A stretch of DNA of 64,000 nucleotides from Microbotryum violaceum. Its lineage: Eukaryota. Position numbers and translations under genes: made by a program. Below are positions 12,111 to 22,370 of this stretch, piece after piece. The stretch's first letter is position 1; each line of letters opens with the position of its first letter. Location: contig CDLV01000015.1 of the NCBI GenBank assembly GCA_001244265.2, forward strand, positions 992,001 through 1,056,000, given 5' to 3'. Under the pieces are notes generated by a model that was not told the DNA's origin, did not search any database, and was given only the letters and a program-made list of their open reading frames with translations.

Positions 12111-13539
12111 GGGAGACGGGTAAGGGGGGAAAGGGATGCGGTGCGTACGAAGGATCGTTGTCGTCCTCCGAGTCGCTGCTGAGGCCGGCAAACACGGTTG
12201 AATTGCCAGTTTCTTGGAAGGTCCGAATGGCCGCCACCATACGGGGCCCGGGGCGAGGCGCAGGAGCGGTCGATGTTGGCGTCGACAGAGTGGCGGACGC
12301 TCCCATGGGTGACAAGTAGCGGGGGCAGTTGCGCGAGATGTGGTCGGCGTTGAGAGTGCGGCAGCGATAGCATCTGTGGTTCTGGTCCAGGTACGCGCGC
12401 TCGTCGACGGTGAGTCGGGCAACGGGGCGGGGGCCACCCGTGATCGGGGAATGGCCGGTAGCAGCTGTCGCAACGTGGGGTGCAGCCGAGGCTGCAGCGG
12501 GTCGCGAGTACGTGGGGCGCTGTTGTAGCGCACTGACCTGGGTCGCAATGGCTTGGCGTCGCTGCGCAATGACGCTCCATTCCTCGCGACCAATCCTCTC
12601 AAAGACTTGGTAATCGAACTCGAGAGGTTGGTCCGTGTGTGCGTCACTAAAAACCTCAGCGGCCTCCGGACTGGTAGGGACCACCGGAGCGTCGAGGGCA
12701 AGCTTCTCGAGCGAGAGGTCCGACCAGCCAGCCAGCAATGAGACCATGTGGGTGCGGAGGATCCGGCAGAGTTCCGGATCGGTGCCCAGGAGAACCAGCT
12801 TGGCCACTTCTTGGTCGGAGACGACCTGGACGCCAATCTCCATTTGCAGTGAGCGCATCTGATCGGAGAATTCCTGAAAGGCGTCGATGTTGTGGCCGGG
12901 GGCTTGGCGTAGACGGTGGAGTTCGGCGAGCTGGGTCCAGACAAAGTCCGCTGGTACAGCCCGGCAAATCAGTTCCGACTTGAACTGAGTGTATGGCTTT
13001 GCAGGGTGCTTGCTCAGGCCCTGGGTGAACCAGGTCTTGAGCGCAAAGACCTGCAACCCCATACCGGCCCCCTCGATCTTATCGTAGTCGCTCATGATGG
13101 GTGTACGGGCAATGCGACGGTTGTAGAAGTCCAGGCGCATGAAGTATTCGCGCAAGGCCTCCATCGAGGTGCTATGGAGTTGGGGAGGGTCATTGGGTTT
13201 ATACGTGGGGCTGTGGCTGGGGGCGGTGGGCGTGGGCATGGTGCGCGGGGACGGTGCGATGTCGGCTGGTGAGGCGTGCGAAGGCGGTGCGTGTGTGGGT
13301 GTGCTGGGGTTGCTGGGCGTGCTGGGCAGTGCTGGGCTGGGCTGTGCTGGGGCTGGGAGTCTGCGTGCTATGGTTGTGGGATTGGCTTGCCTTGACCGAT
13401 CTGGGCTAGTCGATGGGTTCGATGGTTCGACTATGGCCGGGCCTGATGAACGTAGGCCGTATTGTTGGGGTACCAATGAACTCGACGTTGTCAAAAAAAA
13501 AGTGAAAGGCACGAGATCGCTCTCAAGCCTCACTGGCAA
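12073..13539 (-). CDS. Gypsy gag
   Basis: 488-aa ORF with Pro-rich N-terminus, LHRLRQ capsid-like motif and knuckle CYRCRTLNADHISRNC. The true start codon is uncertain. Confidence 0.8.
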   Translation of the reverse strand: MPVRLESDLVPFTFFLTTSSSLVPQQYGLRSSGPAIVEPSNPSTSPDRSRQANPTTIARRLPAPAQPSPALPSTPSNPSTPTHAPPSHASPADIAPSPRTMPTPTAPSHSPTYKPNDPPQLHSTSMEALREYFMRLDFYNRRIARTPIMSDYDKIEGAGMGLQVFALKTWFTQGLSKHPAKPYTQFKSELICRAVPADFVWTQLAELHRLRQAPGHNIDAFQEFSDQMRSLQMEIGVQVVSDQEVAKLVLLGTDPELCRILRTHMVSLLAGWSDLSLEKLALDAPVVPTSPEAAEVFSDAHTDQPLEFDYQVFERIGREEWSVIAQRRQAIATQVSALQQRPTYSRPAAASAAPHVATAATGHSPITGGPRPVARLTVDERAYLDQNHRCYRCRTLNADHISRNCPRYLSPMGASATLSTPTSTAPAPRPGPRMVAAIRTFQETGNSTVFAGLSSDSEDDNDPSYAPHPFPPLPVSLAGAHGTLLASA

Positions 13540-13560
13540 CCTAAGCTGACAGGTGCAAGT

Positions 13561-13736
13561 TGTATGGATTGCAACTAGCTTCTGGTGTCAGCCCGATGGG
13601 GAGAGTGCTGAGATATGGAACACCAGTACTCACCTAGCTTCTGGTGTCAGCCCGATGGGGAGGGAACTGAAGAAGCTGGGTGCGCGCGATCTCTATTTCT
13701 AATACCTGTGGCCTGTAGTAAGGCGCGCACCTTACA
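13561..13736 (-). repeat. 5' LTR of the gypsy element
   Basis: TG...CA bounded repeat of 8520-8696. Confidence 0.9.
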
Positions 13737-16700
13737 CTGGGGTGGATTCGTTACGGAGGCTTCGAGCGGTGGTCTCCATGGACGCAAAGATGTCCTCAAC
13801 GGGAGGAAGCTTGTCCTTGTCCTTTTGAAGTGCAAAGAATGTAGTGCGCCAGCTGTCGAAGATGGGTGGCAAGTTGTTGATGGCGCGGGCCACCATGCAT
13901 TGCTCAATGTCGAGCTGGGCCAGTCGAAGATGCCCCGCGAGGACCTTGGCTCGGTCATCCATGAGTTGAAGCCAGCCCAAGTAGACGGGCATTGCGGCAT
14001 GCCAAAGTAGTCGCTGATGAGCGTCGAGGTGGCCTGAGCGTCGCTTGGTGCGTAGCGGGCGGCGAGGGCGAGCCAGCATTCGTGCGCCGATCCTCCCTTT
14101 TGGGCGACCGGTCCTATCTGGTGGCGGCCGTCAGAGAGCCGGCCAGCACGTGGGCGGCGTAATCCTCCCAGCGCGAGCGCACCGCCGTGGTCCACCGTGG
14201 TCTACGTAGGGTCGACTATCCCCTTGCGCAAGTACGCACAAACTTCACGGGGTACAGTAAGGGACATGTTCAGATCCCAGTCGATGTAGTTCTGCTTCGT
14301 GAGTTTGCAGTCCTCGGCAAAGGCAGCGGGCGCGGTTGGTGGCAGGAGGTGTCGGGGCGGGGGAGCTTCTTCATGGCGGGCTCGTTGGTTCTTTACTAGC
14401 AGGTCATACTCAGCGCGTGAGAGTACGGTAGAGCCGATGTCGTCGTTATGGCCCGGCGTTGATGGTGGTGGAAGTGATGGTACTTTGTCATCATTGGCCA
14501 TGTTGTCGATGTCTGCTGCTGGTAGGTCGTTGGGCTTATAACCTATTAGAACTGAGGCCCTGGCACGAGATACGTAATTATGAGAGCCAAAGATGAGAGA
14601 TAGAATAGTTGGAGAGAAGGAAGGAAGGCTATGGAAGCGCGCGCGAGCTAGGCTCGAGACGCGCGAGGCCGCAGATTACCCTAACTAGTTACCCTAACTA
14701 GTAAAAAAAAAGTGTGAGTTAAGGAATGTACCTAAAATCGCTGTTTTTAACTAGGTTGCGGCCCTCCGGGCCGCCTGTGGTGGATGTACCAGCATACTGT
14801 TGTGTCTGCCGCACCTGCCTGTGGTGTCGGGGTTCCGATCAGAAGTCATGTACAAGCCCTGTGGTGACTTTATATTTTCCCCGCCGTTCCAACGAAGCTA
14901 CAGCGCTCCCAGTATTTTCCTTCTTTTTTTCTCTGACATAAAACAATGCTTCCACTCATATGGTATTTAATGAACCGCAAGCGCGTGGCTTCGCATGATA
15001 TTGCTTCTACAGCAGAGCTCTGCCTGACGCGCGAGGCGAGGGCTGGCGTTTGTCACGTGATGCGGTGCGCCGGCGGTGTCAGTGTCATTCCGGCAGTCGA
15101 CCAGCAGCATTAGGGGCTGAACAACCAATTTGCCCGTATGGCATTCGACCAGCGGCATTAGGGCTGAACAACGAATCAAACCACGTAAATAATCCTGCGC
15201 CACTGCCTCGAACCTTTCCTTTCTCCCTCCCACTCTCATCGAATTTTAGTGACACTCATTCAAGAACAAACCCTCGCTGCTATGTCCCGGTCCCAAGGTC
15301 GCCAGGGACTCAGGGAGGGCCATCGCAACCTCGCCAAGTTCTTGGGCGCGAGGGTGGCAGCGTACCATGGGCCTGCTCGAGCGCCCGCTGCTGGGCGCCC
15401 CCCACGACCACCTCCTCCGCAAAGGCGAGTGCGCCGGGCTCGAATCGCGCTCAAACCCCTCAAGCCCACGTTTCGATCCGCGACGACCTCGGCCCGCAGA
15501 CGGCCGTGTGCACCCACTGCAAGGCTCGGCACTAGGAGTGCGAAAGGTCCAAGTCGACCAGACACTTCAGCGCGTGCTGCTCGCAGGGCAAGGTGCGACT
15601 ACCTCCCCCTCCCCAGCCCAATCTCGAGTATCGGCAGCTTCTTCAAGGCTCGGATAGCGGTCAGTTGCTCCGTCCAACAACATTCGTCTGCAGTAGACCC
15701 ACATGCTGAATTGTGCGATGCACCTACACAGACGCTAAAGCATTCCGCGAGAATGCCCGGTCTTACAATAACGCGTTGTCCTTTACTTCGCTCGCTGCCC
15801 ACTGGGACCAAACCCAAGTGGGCACTCTAGGACCTCCCGTGTTTCGTGTGTTCGGCCGCCTCTATCATCGACTCGGCGCCCTGATCCCTGCCGTGAATCA
15901 ACGCCCAGCCTTTGCCCAGACATGGCTGATCGACCCGGCCGAGGCCACCGACACACGACTTCAAGGACCCGACAGCGCAGAGATTCGCATTCAAAGATCA
16001 ACGCTGACCAAGCTCGAGTCCATGTTGCGCACCGGCAATCGCTTTGTGAGGGAGTTCGCATCGGCCAAAGCCCGCGCGGGTTGGGATACGGCCAAAGAGT
16101 GGGTCCTGCGCCTCTGCCTACCACCAGGCCGAGACCGACGCACCCACAACCTTCCTACGTCGAGCACCGAAATGGCGATGCTTATCTGCGATTCCGACAT
16201 CAACACGGGAGATCGTGGACCGCAAGACCTTATTCTCCAGGTGCACGGTGATCGATGCCCCGGTGTTCGGCCCAAGTACCAAATCGTTAGCTCGCTCCAT
16301 CCGTCTGCGATGCCTCTCCGTTACCCACTACTCTTCCCCGCAGAGGAAGATAGCTCCCACCTCAACATTCCTCTTTGCGCGTTCAACCAAATTGGGCCAC
16401 TCTTTGCCAAAAGACCGCGATGAGGAGGAAGGGGACGCAGAGAATGGTGATGGTGAACGTAAGCCCTTTCGGCTCTTTCTCGGATGTTCCATTCTGTCAA
16501 GGCGCAAGCACAGACTGACATTGAACTTTTGAACACCTAGGACGAAGCTCAAATAAAGGGGAGCGAGGTGACGAGTCTCGCGTTCACAGTTATTAGCGTA
16601 CGACTTGCACAAACGCGACGAGTACTTCTCAATCCCGCATTGCACCCAACGTGGCTTCCTGGCGTTCGTAATGACGGATACTCCCAGGTCGAGACCGATC

Positions 16701-17258
16701 GACTCAACTTACCTCCAGTTGGATCAAGAAAACCTCCGCCTCACCACGGGCCAAGGCATCATCAGCTTGACCCCGGATCAAGCTGGATGTTCGGTGATTT
16801 TGGGCTCAACGTTCAAGAATAGACCGCGCGAGAACACGCAGCGTTACCAAGATGCGATGGCGTGCGTCGTAAAACATGGAAAGCCTTCGCTGTTCATCAC
16901 GGTGACGTGCAACCCGAATGGCCTGAAATCAAGGCTGTACTGGGGCCAAACGACCAAGCAAGCAATCGACCGGAACTCATTGCACGAGCGTTTGAATCCA
17001 AGTTGAACCGACTCTGCGACGACAACGTTTTTGGCAACAAGCAACGGGCAGGCTGTTTGTGAATGGAGAACTGTTTCTTTGCTGTACTTCGTAGTGTGTT
17101 TATTCAACCTCTGTTGAAATCATGTAGACTGTTCAATCCTCCTGCTATTTGAATTTCACCCTCCCGTTAATTTAACGGGTTCCCACTGGTATCTACAACT
17201 GGTAACTAATCATAATCGGGACTCTAAGTGGGATGAAGCAGCATTATACTCTCTGACA
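13737..17258 (-). mobile_element. Truncated copia 'C': gag fragment, PBS and a 5' LTR (14544-14675 plus 17190-17258) split by a Helitron
   Basis: gag motif [14 protein letters not shown] (14202..14501); PBS GGTTATAAGCCC (14532-14543, minus); the two LTR halves join into a sequence homologous to solo LTR 40207-40579 (shared TCTAAGTGGGATGAA...TGACA). Confidence 0.85.
14676..17189 (+). mobile_element. Internally deleted (non-autonomous) Helitron, copy 1
   Basis: RepHel N-terminal motifs FRENARSYNNALSFTS, GPPVFRVFG..YH, YPLLFP, YQDAMA..GKPSLFITVTCNP; 3' hairpin CCCGTTAA-T-TTAACGGG (17163-17179) then CTGG; inserted at A|T; second copy at 53606-56165. Confidence 0.93.
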
Positions 17259-17341
17259 CGACCAACTCGTCATCACAGTACTCGAGGTAGAATGCACACG
17301 CGTTCATCTCGTTTGACTCCGCCGTTCACCCTGCCACAATC

Positions 17342-17588
17342 TGTCGTTTGATATGTGTCTGTGTCTGTGGTATCTGCGCGGATGCGCGTGCGTTTAGTCA
17401 TTAGTCACTTTGGTATTGTAGTTTGATCTGTTTAAGTTAGGGAGCGCGCGGGGCTTTCTTCCAGCGCGGCTGTTTACTCTTGATAGCTTTCTCATCACTC
17501 GCTCTACATTGTGGTCCTGACTTCTCGGCGTCGTGCACCCTCACCTATCGGAAGGCTTTACTTCCGCGCTCGCATCTTTTCTGCGTTA
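17342..17588 (+). repeat. 5' LTR of copia D
   Basis: Direct repeat of 22124-22370; ends TG...TA. Confidence 0.95.
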
Positions 17589-17592
17589 GGTT

Positions 17593-20500
17593 ATGAGTCC
17601 AACGGGTAGCGTAGGAGGCCCGGGTCAGCAAAGCGATTCACATCGCACCACCAACATCGGAATGGACACCGAAACACACTCTACCGAAACGAGTGAACGT
17701 GGATTACATGTCCCAATTCTTCGGGCAGCCAACTATATGGATTGGCGTCGACGTCTGATTGGTCGTCTTGGGTCCAAGGATTTGCATCTTTGCGCCTCGA
17801 GGCGGATGAGCCCGGCTGCGGAGGCTGTTCTCCAAGCCGCAATCGACGATCGATCGCGTGGCTTCCACTCGCCCCTCGAGCGGCTCGACTTCGCAGCTAT
17901 GGACGCGAAGATCGCCAAGGAGCTAAAGAAGGAGGTTCGAACTCAAGCTGAAATCATTCAGTTTCTCGATGAGGCCAATCTTCGCTTGGTCAGGGTTGTT
18001 ACACGTCTTACGACATACTCGACTCGCTGAACACGTTCTACCTCGGAACGATGAGCGCTCAGATTTCCGCCTTGACGACTGAGCTCTATTCGCGCAAGTT
18101 CTCGTCTGGCGATCGTGGGCAGTTACTGCACCACTTGATCACCATTCATGGAATTTTGCAAGATCTTGAGGCGTGTGGCTCTGGGATGCCACCAGCTCAG
18201 CAATCGACGCTGATGCTCGATTCCGTCTTCGACTCGCAACACGAGTCGTTCACAAGCTCACTGCGTCGACCTCTGGCTCTACCTTCGGAGATTGTTTCCG
18301 AGGCACGGTCTTACCAGTTCAAAGTCTCGCTGGCAAGTCGAATCAATGGACTATCTGCCACGACTTCCGGACGCGCCATTGCTCAGTCGCCTGTTCCTGC
18401 GCTCGTTGCGCAAGGCGAATCGCAAAAGGGACCGCGTCGCAAAAGAGGTCACAAGAAAGGCAATCGCGACGGTCAAGGAAATCGCCGTCCTCCCGATTCT
18501 ACCTGTCATGCGTGTGAAGCGAAGGGACACTGGTCTAGCGATGCAGTGTGCCCGGAAAACCGTTCAAAGTCATCTGCAGCCCCCGCGTTGGTTGCAATGA
18601 ACTCCCATTCCCTTTACCTTGCTGGTTCTTCCTCGAGAGCTCCCGATACCGACTCCGTTTGGATCGCGGATACCGGAGCTGGTCACCACTTTGTTGGCGA
18701 TCGCTCGCTGCTCTCGGATTTTAAGGAATCCCCGATTCAAGTCCAGATGGCCGACAACTCGCTTGGTCAAGCCATTGGATACGGGCGAATGTCTGTTAAG
18801 ACTTCGCAAGGTCACCTTCTCAAATTCAAGGAGATGTACTACCTCCCTGGATCGAGGTATGGTCTAATCTCAATGTCGTCGCTCCGCGCTGGAGGCGCGA
18901 AATTGGTTTATGGCCATGGGGGAGATACTCAACAGGTTTGGCTTGACGGCTCTCTCGTCGCCGAAACTGTCAAGACGAAGGCCAAACAACCAAGTTACGT
19001 CTTCGATTTTGAGATTGTCTCTTCACCCTTGCCTGTGCTCGTCGCATCTACCCGTGCTTCCGTTGGAGCTTTGCTCATGGAATGGCATCGGAACTTCGGA
19101 CACATGGCACCCTCTTCAATTCTTCAACTCGTCAAATCCAAGGCTATCGTTGGAATTCGTTTACTCGACAAGAAGATTGAAGACTGTGAGCCGTGCATTA
19201 TCGCGAAGGCGCGCGCGGGCTCTCACAATCATGTCAGTCGAAAACCCGAACTTGTTCTTCAACGGGTTTCGATTGATCTGGGATTCGTCAACGATGACGA
19301 TACCAATGGACAATCCATCTACATGGTTATCGTCGACCAACTTTCAACCTATAAGTGGGCTTTTCCACTTGGTTCAAAGTCGGCATCTGAAGTCCTCGAG
19401 GTCTGGCGCGGCTTTCAAGCGCAGGTCGAGAGGCAGTCCGGTCAGAAGATCAAGTTTGTTCGTTCTGACAATGGAGGCGAGTTCGTCAACCAACTCCTTG
19501 GCGGCGAATTCAAGGCACTTGGCATCACCCATGAACTGGCTGCACGCTACACGCCGCAGCAGAATGGTCAAGTGGAGCGCGCGAACGGCTCTCTCTTCGC
19601 GCTCGTCCGTGCCATGCTCAAGGACTCCGGACTTCCCAAGAAGTATTGGTTCTACGCATTGGAAGCGGCTGTTTTCGTTTCCAACCGCGGTCCTCACCCA
19701 CATCTCAAGGGCAAGGCTGCGTTCGAGGTCTTCTTTGGCAAGCAACCCGACGTTTCGCATCTTCGCGCGTTCGGATCTACTGCCTACGTTCTCGTCCCCA
19801 AGGCGATTCGTAAGAAGCTCGATGACCATACTGTCAAGGGTACTTTCCTCGGCTATTCGGGGAGTACAACTACAAGGTTCGCGTCGAACACGGTCGGTCT
19901 TTCAAGATCGTCGTCTCTTCCGATGTCACCTTCTCCGACAAGGCTCCTTCGATTGCGGACTCGGCTGTCGAGCCTCGCATCTACGAAGTTGAACCTCTAC
20001 AGGAACACGAGTTAGTACACCAACTACCGTTTCCTGGCTTGGAGCAGATTCCGGCTTTACGGCCTGCTCCCCTACCCGAGGCAGGTTTGGCTTTTCAGCC
20101 TGCGCTCTTTCCCGAGGCAGAAGTTCCGGCTTTACGGCCTGCGCTCGTACCCGAGCTTGGTCCGGCTTTTCGGCCAGCTCCCGCTCCTCTTCCTCGTTTC
20201 CAACATATGGACGATGACGACGTTGCTCCCCCTCCTTTCCCGGCTGTCGGTCCATTGGCCGAAGACGCTGAAGTTGAAGAGGACCCGATCGATCATCGAC
20301 GCGAGGAAGCTGTTGAGGCTATCGGCAGTGACGACGACGACAGCCCTGCGGAACACGATCAACCATTACCTCCTGAGGATGGTTACGAGTATCAACCTTA
20401 CCGTGTCGGCCGCAACCCTGGTGCGCTCAAGAACGTCGATGCAGGTAACATTTTACCGACTCGCCTGCGTGCTCAGCATCACACAGGCGCCCTTCGTGTC

Positions 20501-22179
20501 GTGTCTACTCGCTCGGTCTACCGTCATCCACCAGAGCTCATTGCTATGGTTTCGTCTCGTCACCCCCCGCTTCCCAAGAATTTTGTGGAGGCGATGGCCT
20601 CTCCTGAGGCCAAACACTGGATGGCCGCTTCTGAAAAGGAGTTGGGCTCATTCAAATTGCACAAGGTCTTCAAGCTTACGAGGCTACCCACCGGGCTCGC
20701 GCCCTGGGCTATCGTTGGGTGTTCACTCGCAAAGAAGACGCTGAAGGCAATATCATCAGCTACAAGGCTCGGCTCGTTATCCAAGGCTTCGCTCAACGAC
20801 TTGGGATCGACTACAACGAGATGTTTGCTCCTGTCTCGTCGATCACAACGATTTTGTTTCTCATTGCCATCTCTGCCGCTCTCGGACTCGTCCTCGAACA
20901 GTTCGACTATGATTCTGCGTTTCTCAACGGGATCATGGAGGAGGATGTCTACATGAAGATTCCTGAAGGATGGACTGGTGGCTCTCAGCCCGGTCACGCT
21001 CTCAAGCTCCTTAAATCTATGTACGGCACCAAGCAGGCTCCTCGGCAATGGAACGCGGCTCTCCACAAGCTGATGACGGATCGCGGCTATACGCGCTCCA
21101 ATGTCGATGCTTGTCTGTACTTCAAGTATCATGGCAAGTCGTTCGCAATCATCACTTTGTACGTTGATGATGGGCTTGCTGCATCGAACAACCAGGCTTT
21201 TCTGGACTCCGAGATTTCGGCTTTCGATGCGGTCTACAAGCTCAAGCGACTTGGCCCGGTCAAGACGTTCCTCGGTCTCGAGTTTATTCGTACCAAGGAT
21301 TTCATCTTTGTCCACCAGTCTAAGTACATTAGAGGCTTACTCGAGCACTACACGTTCAAAAGCAAGTCGAAGAAGCCGGTCGCGACTCCAATGGAGGATC
21401 GCGTCGTTTCGTCTTCTACTGCTCCGTTTGCCGACATTCTCGTTTATCAATCGGCTGTGGGAGCGCTTCAATATGCTGCGCAACGTGTTCGTCCCGATAT
21501 CGCAACTGCTGTTCGTGTGGTGGCGAAGTGCGTGGCTGCTCCAACCGAAGGAGACTGGATCTGCGTCAAGCGAATCTTTCGCTATCTTTCTGACACCGTC
21601 GACTATGGGCTACTCTACCGCGTAGGCGGTTCTACCAAATTCGAGGTGTACAGTGACGCGTTGTTTGGTTGCGATCACGACAACGGAAGATCTGTGGGAG
21701 CGTATGTCGTCATTATGGCTGGCGCTGCCATTTCCTAGAAGTCAAAGCAACAAACGATGGTCGCTTCTTCTACAGCAGAGTCTGAGACTCTGGCTGCTTC
21801 AACCGCAGCAAAGGAGGCTATCGGTCTTCGCAACCTGGCGTCCGAACTTCGCATCAATCAAGGTCAATCTACTGTTCTGCACGAGGACAACCAACCTTGC
21901 ATCGATTTGGCGAAGAATCCCGGAGCTCGAGGTCGTACACGCCATTGGAATGTGCATCATTTCTATCTACGCGAACGAATCGAGGTTGGCGATATCGATC
22001 TCCGCTACTGTCCGACCAATCTGAACACGGCCGACATTTTCACGAAACCCCTGCCCAAACTCAAGTTCGCTACGCATCGCGAGGGACTCGGGATGGTCTC
22101 GCTGGCTACCTTGGCATGGGGAGTGTCGTTTGATATGTGTCTGTGCCTGTGGTATCTGCGCGGATGCGCGTGCGTTTAG
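17593..22179 (+). pseudogene. Copia D gag-pol, with frameshifts and a premature stop at 21736-21738
   Basis: [82 protein letters not shown]. Confidence 0.93.
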
Positions 22180-22370
22180 TCATTAGTCACTTTGGTATTG
22201 TAGTTTGATCTGTTTAAGTTAGGGAGCGCGCGGGGCTTTCTTCCAGCGCGGCTGTTTACTCTTGATAGCTTTCTCATCACTCGCTCTACATTGTGGTCCT
22301 GACTTCTCGGCGTCGTGCACCCTCACCTATCGGAAGGCTTTACTTCCGCGCTCGCATCTTTTCTGCGTTA
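22124..22370 (+). repeat. 3' LTR of copia D
   Basis: Direct repeat of 17342-17588. Confidence 0.95.

Larger units (their letters stand above)
8520..13736 (-). mobile_element. Ty3/gypsy chromovirus-type LTR retrotransposon, degenerate, no TSD
   Basis: LTRs 8520-8696 and 13561-13736 (TGTAAGG...CCATACA); order gag-PR-RT-RH-IN-chromodomain. Confidence 0.95.
17342..22370 (+). mobile_element. Full-length degenerate Ty1/copia retrotransposon 'D'
   Basis: 247-bp LTRs 17342-17588 and 22124-22370 (1 difference seen); PBS GGTTATGAG 17589-17597; purine tract GGGGAG; flanks CAATC / AAATC. Confidence 0.95.

Noticed and set aside
2251-13549. Many long plus-strand ORFs opposite the retroelement genes
   Set aside because: Antisense shadows expected in GC-rich coding DNA; no motifs.
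13501-13560. Tf1-like self-priming PBS in the gypsy leader
   Set aside because: No tRNA-type PBS is seen, and complementarity to the LTR is only short (TGTCAGC / GCTGACA); insufficient to call.
14676-14701. Telomere or interstitial telomere (CCCTAA)
   Set aside because: Only two interrupted units, reproduced at the start of both Helitron copies, so it is part of the element.
1424-22370. Programmed ribosomal frameshifting in the copia ORFs
   Set aside because: Frameshifts are numerous and fall inside conserved domains, consistent with decay or sequencing error.
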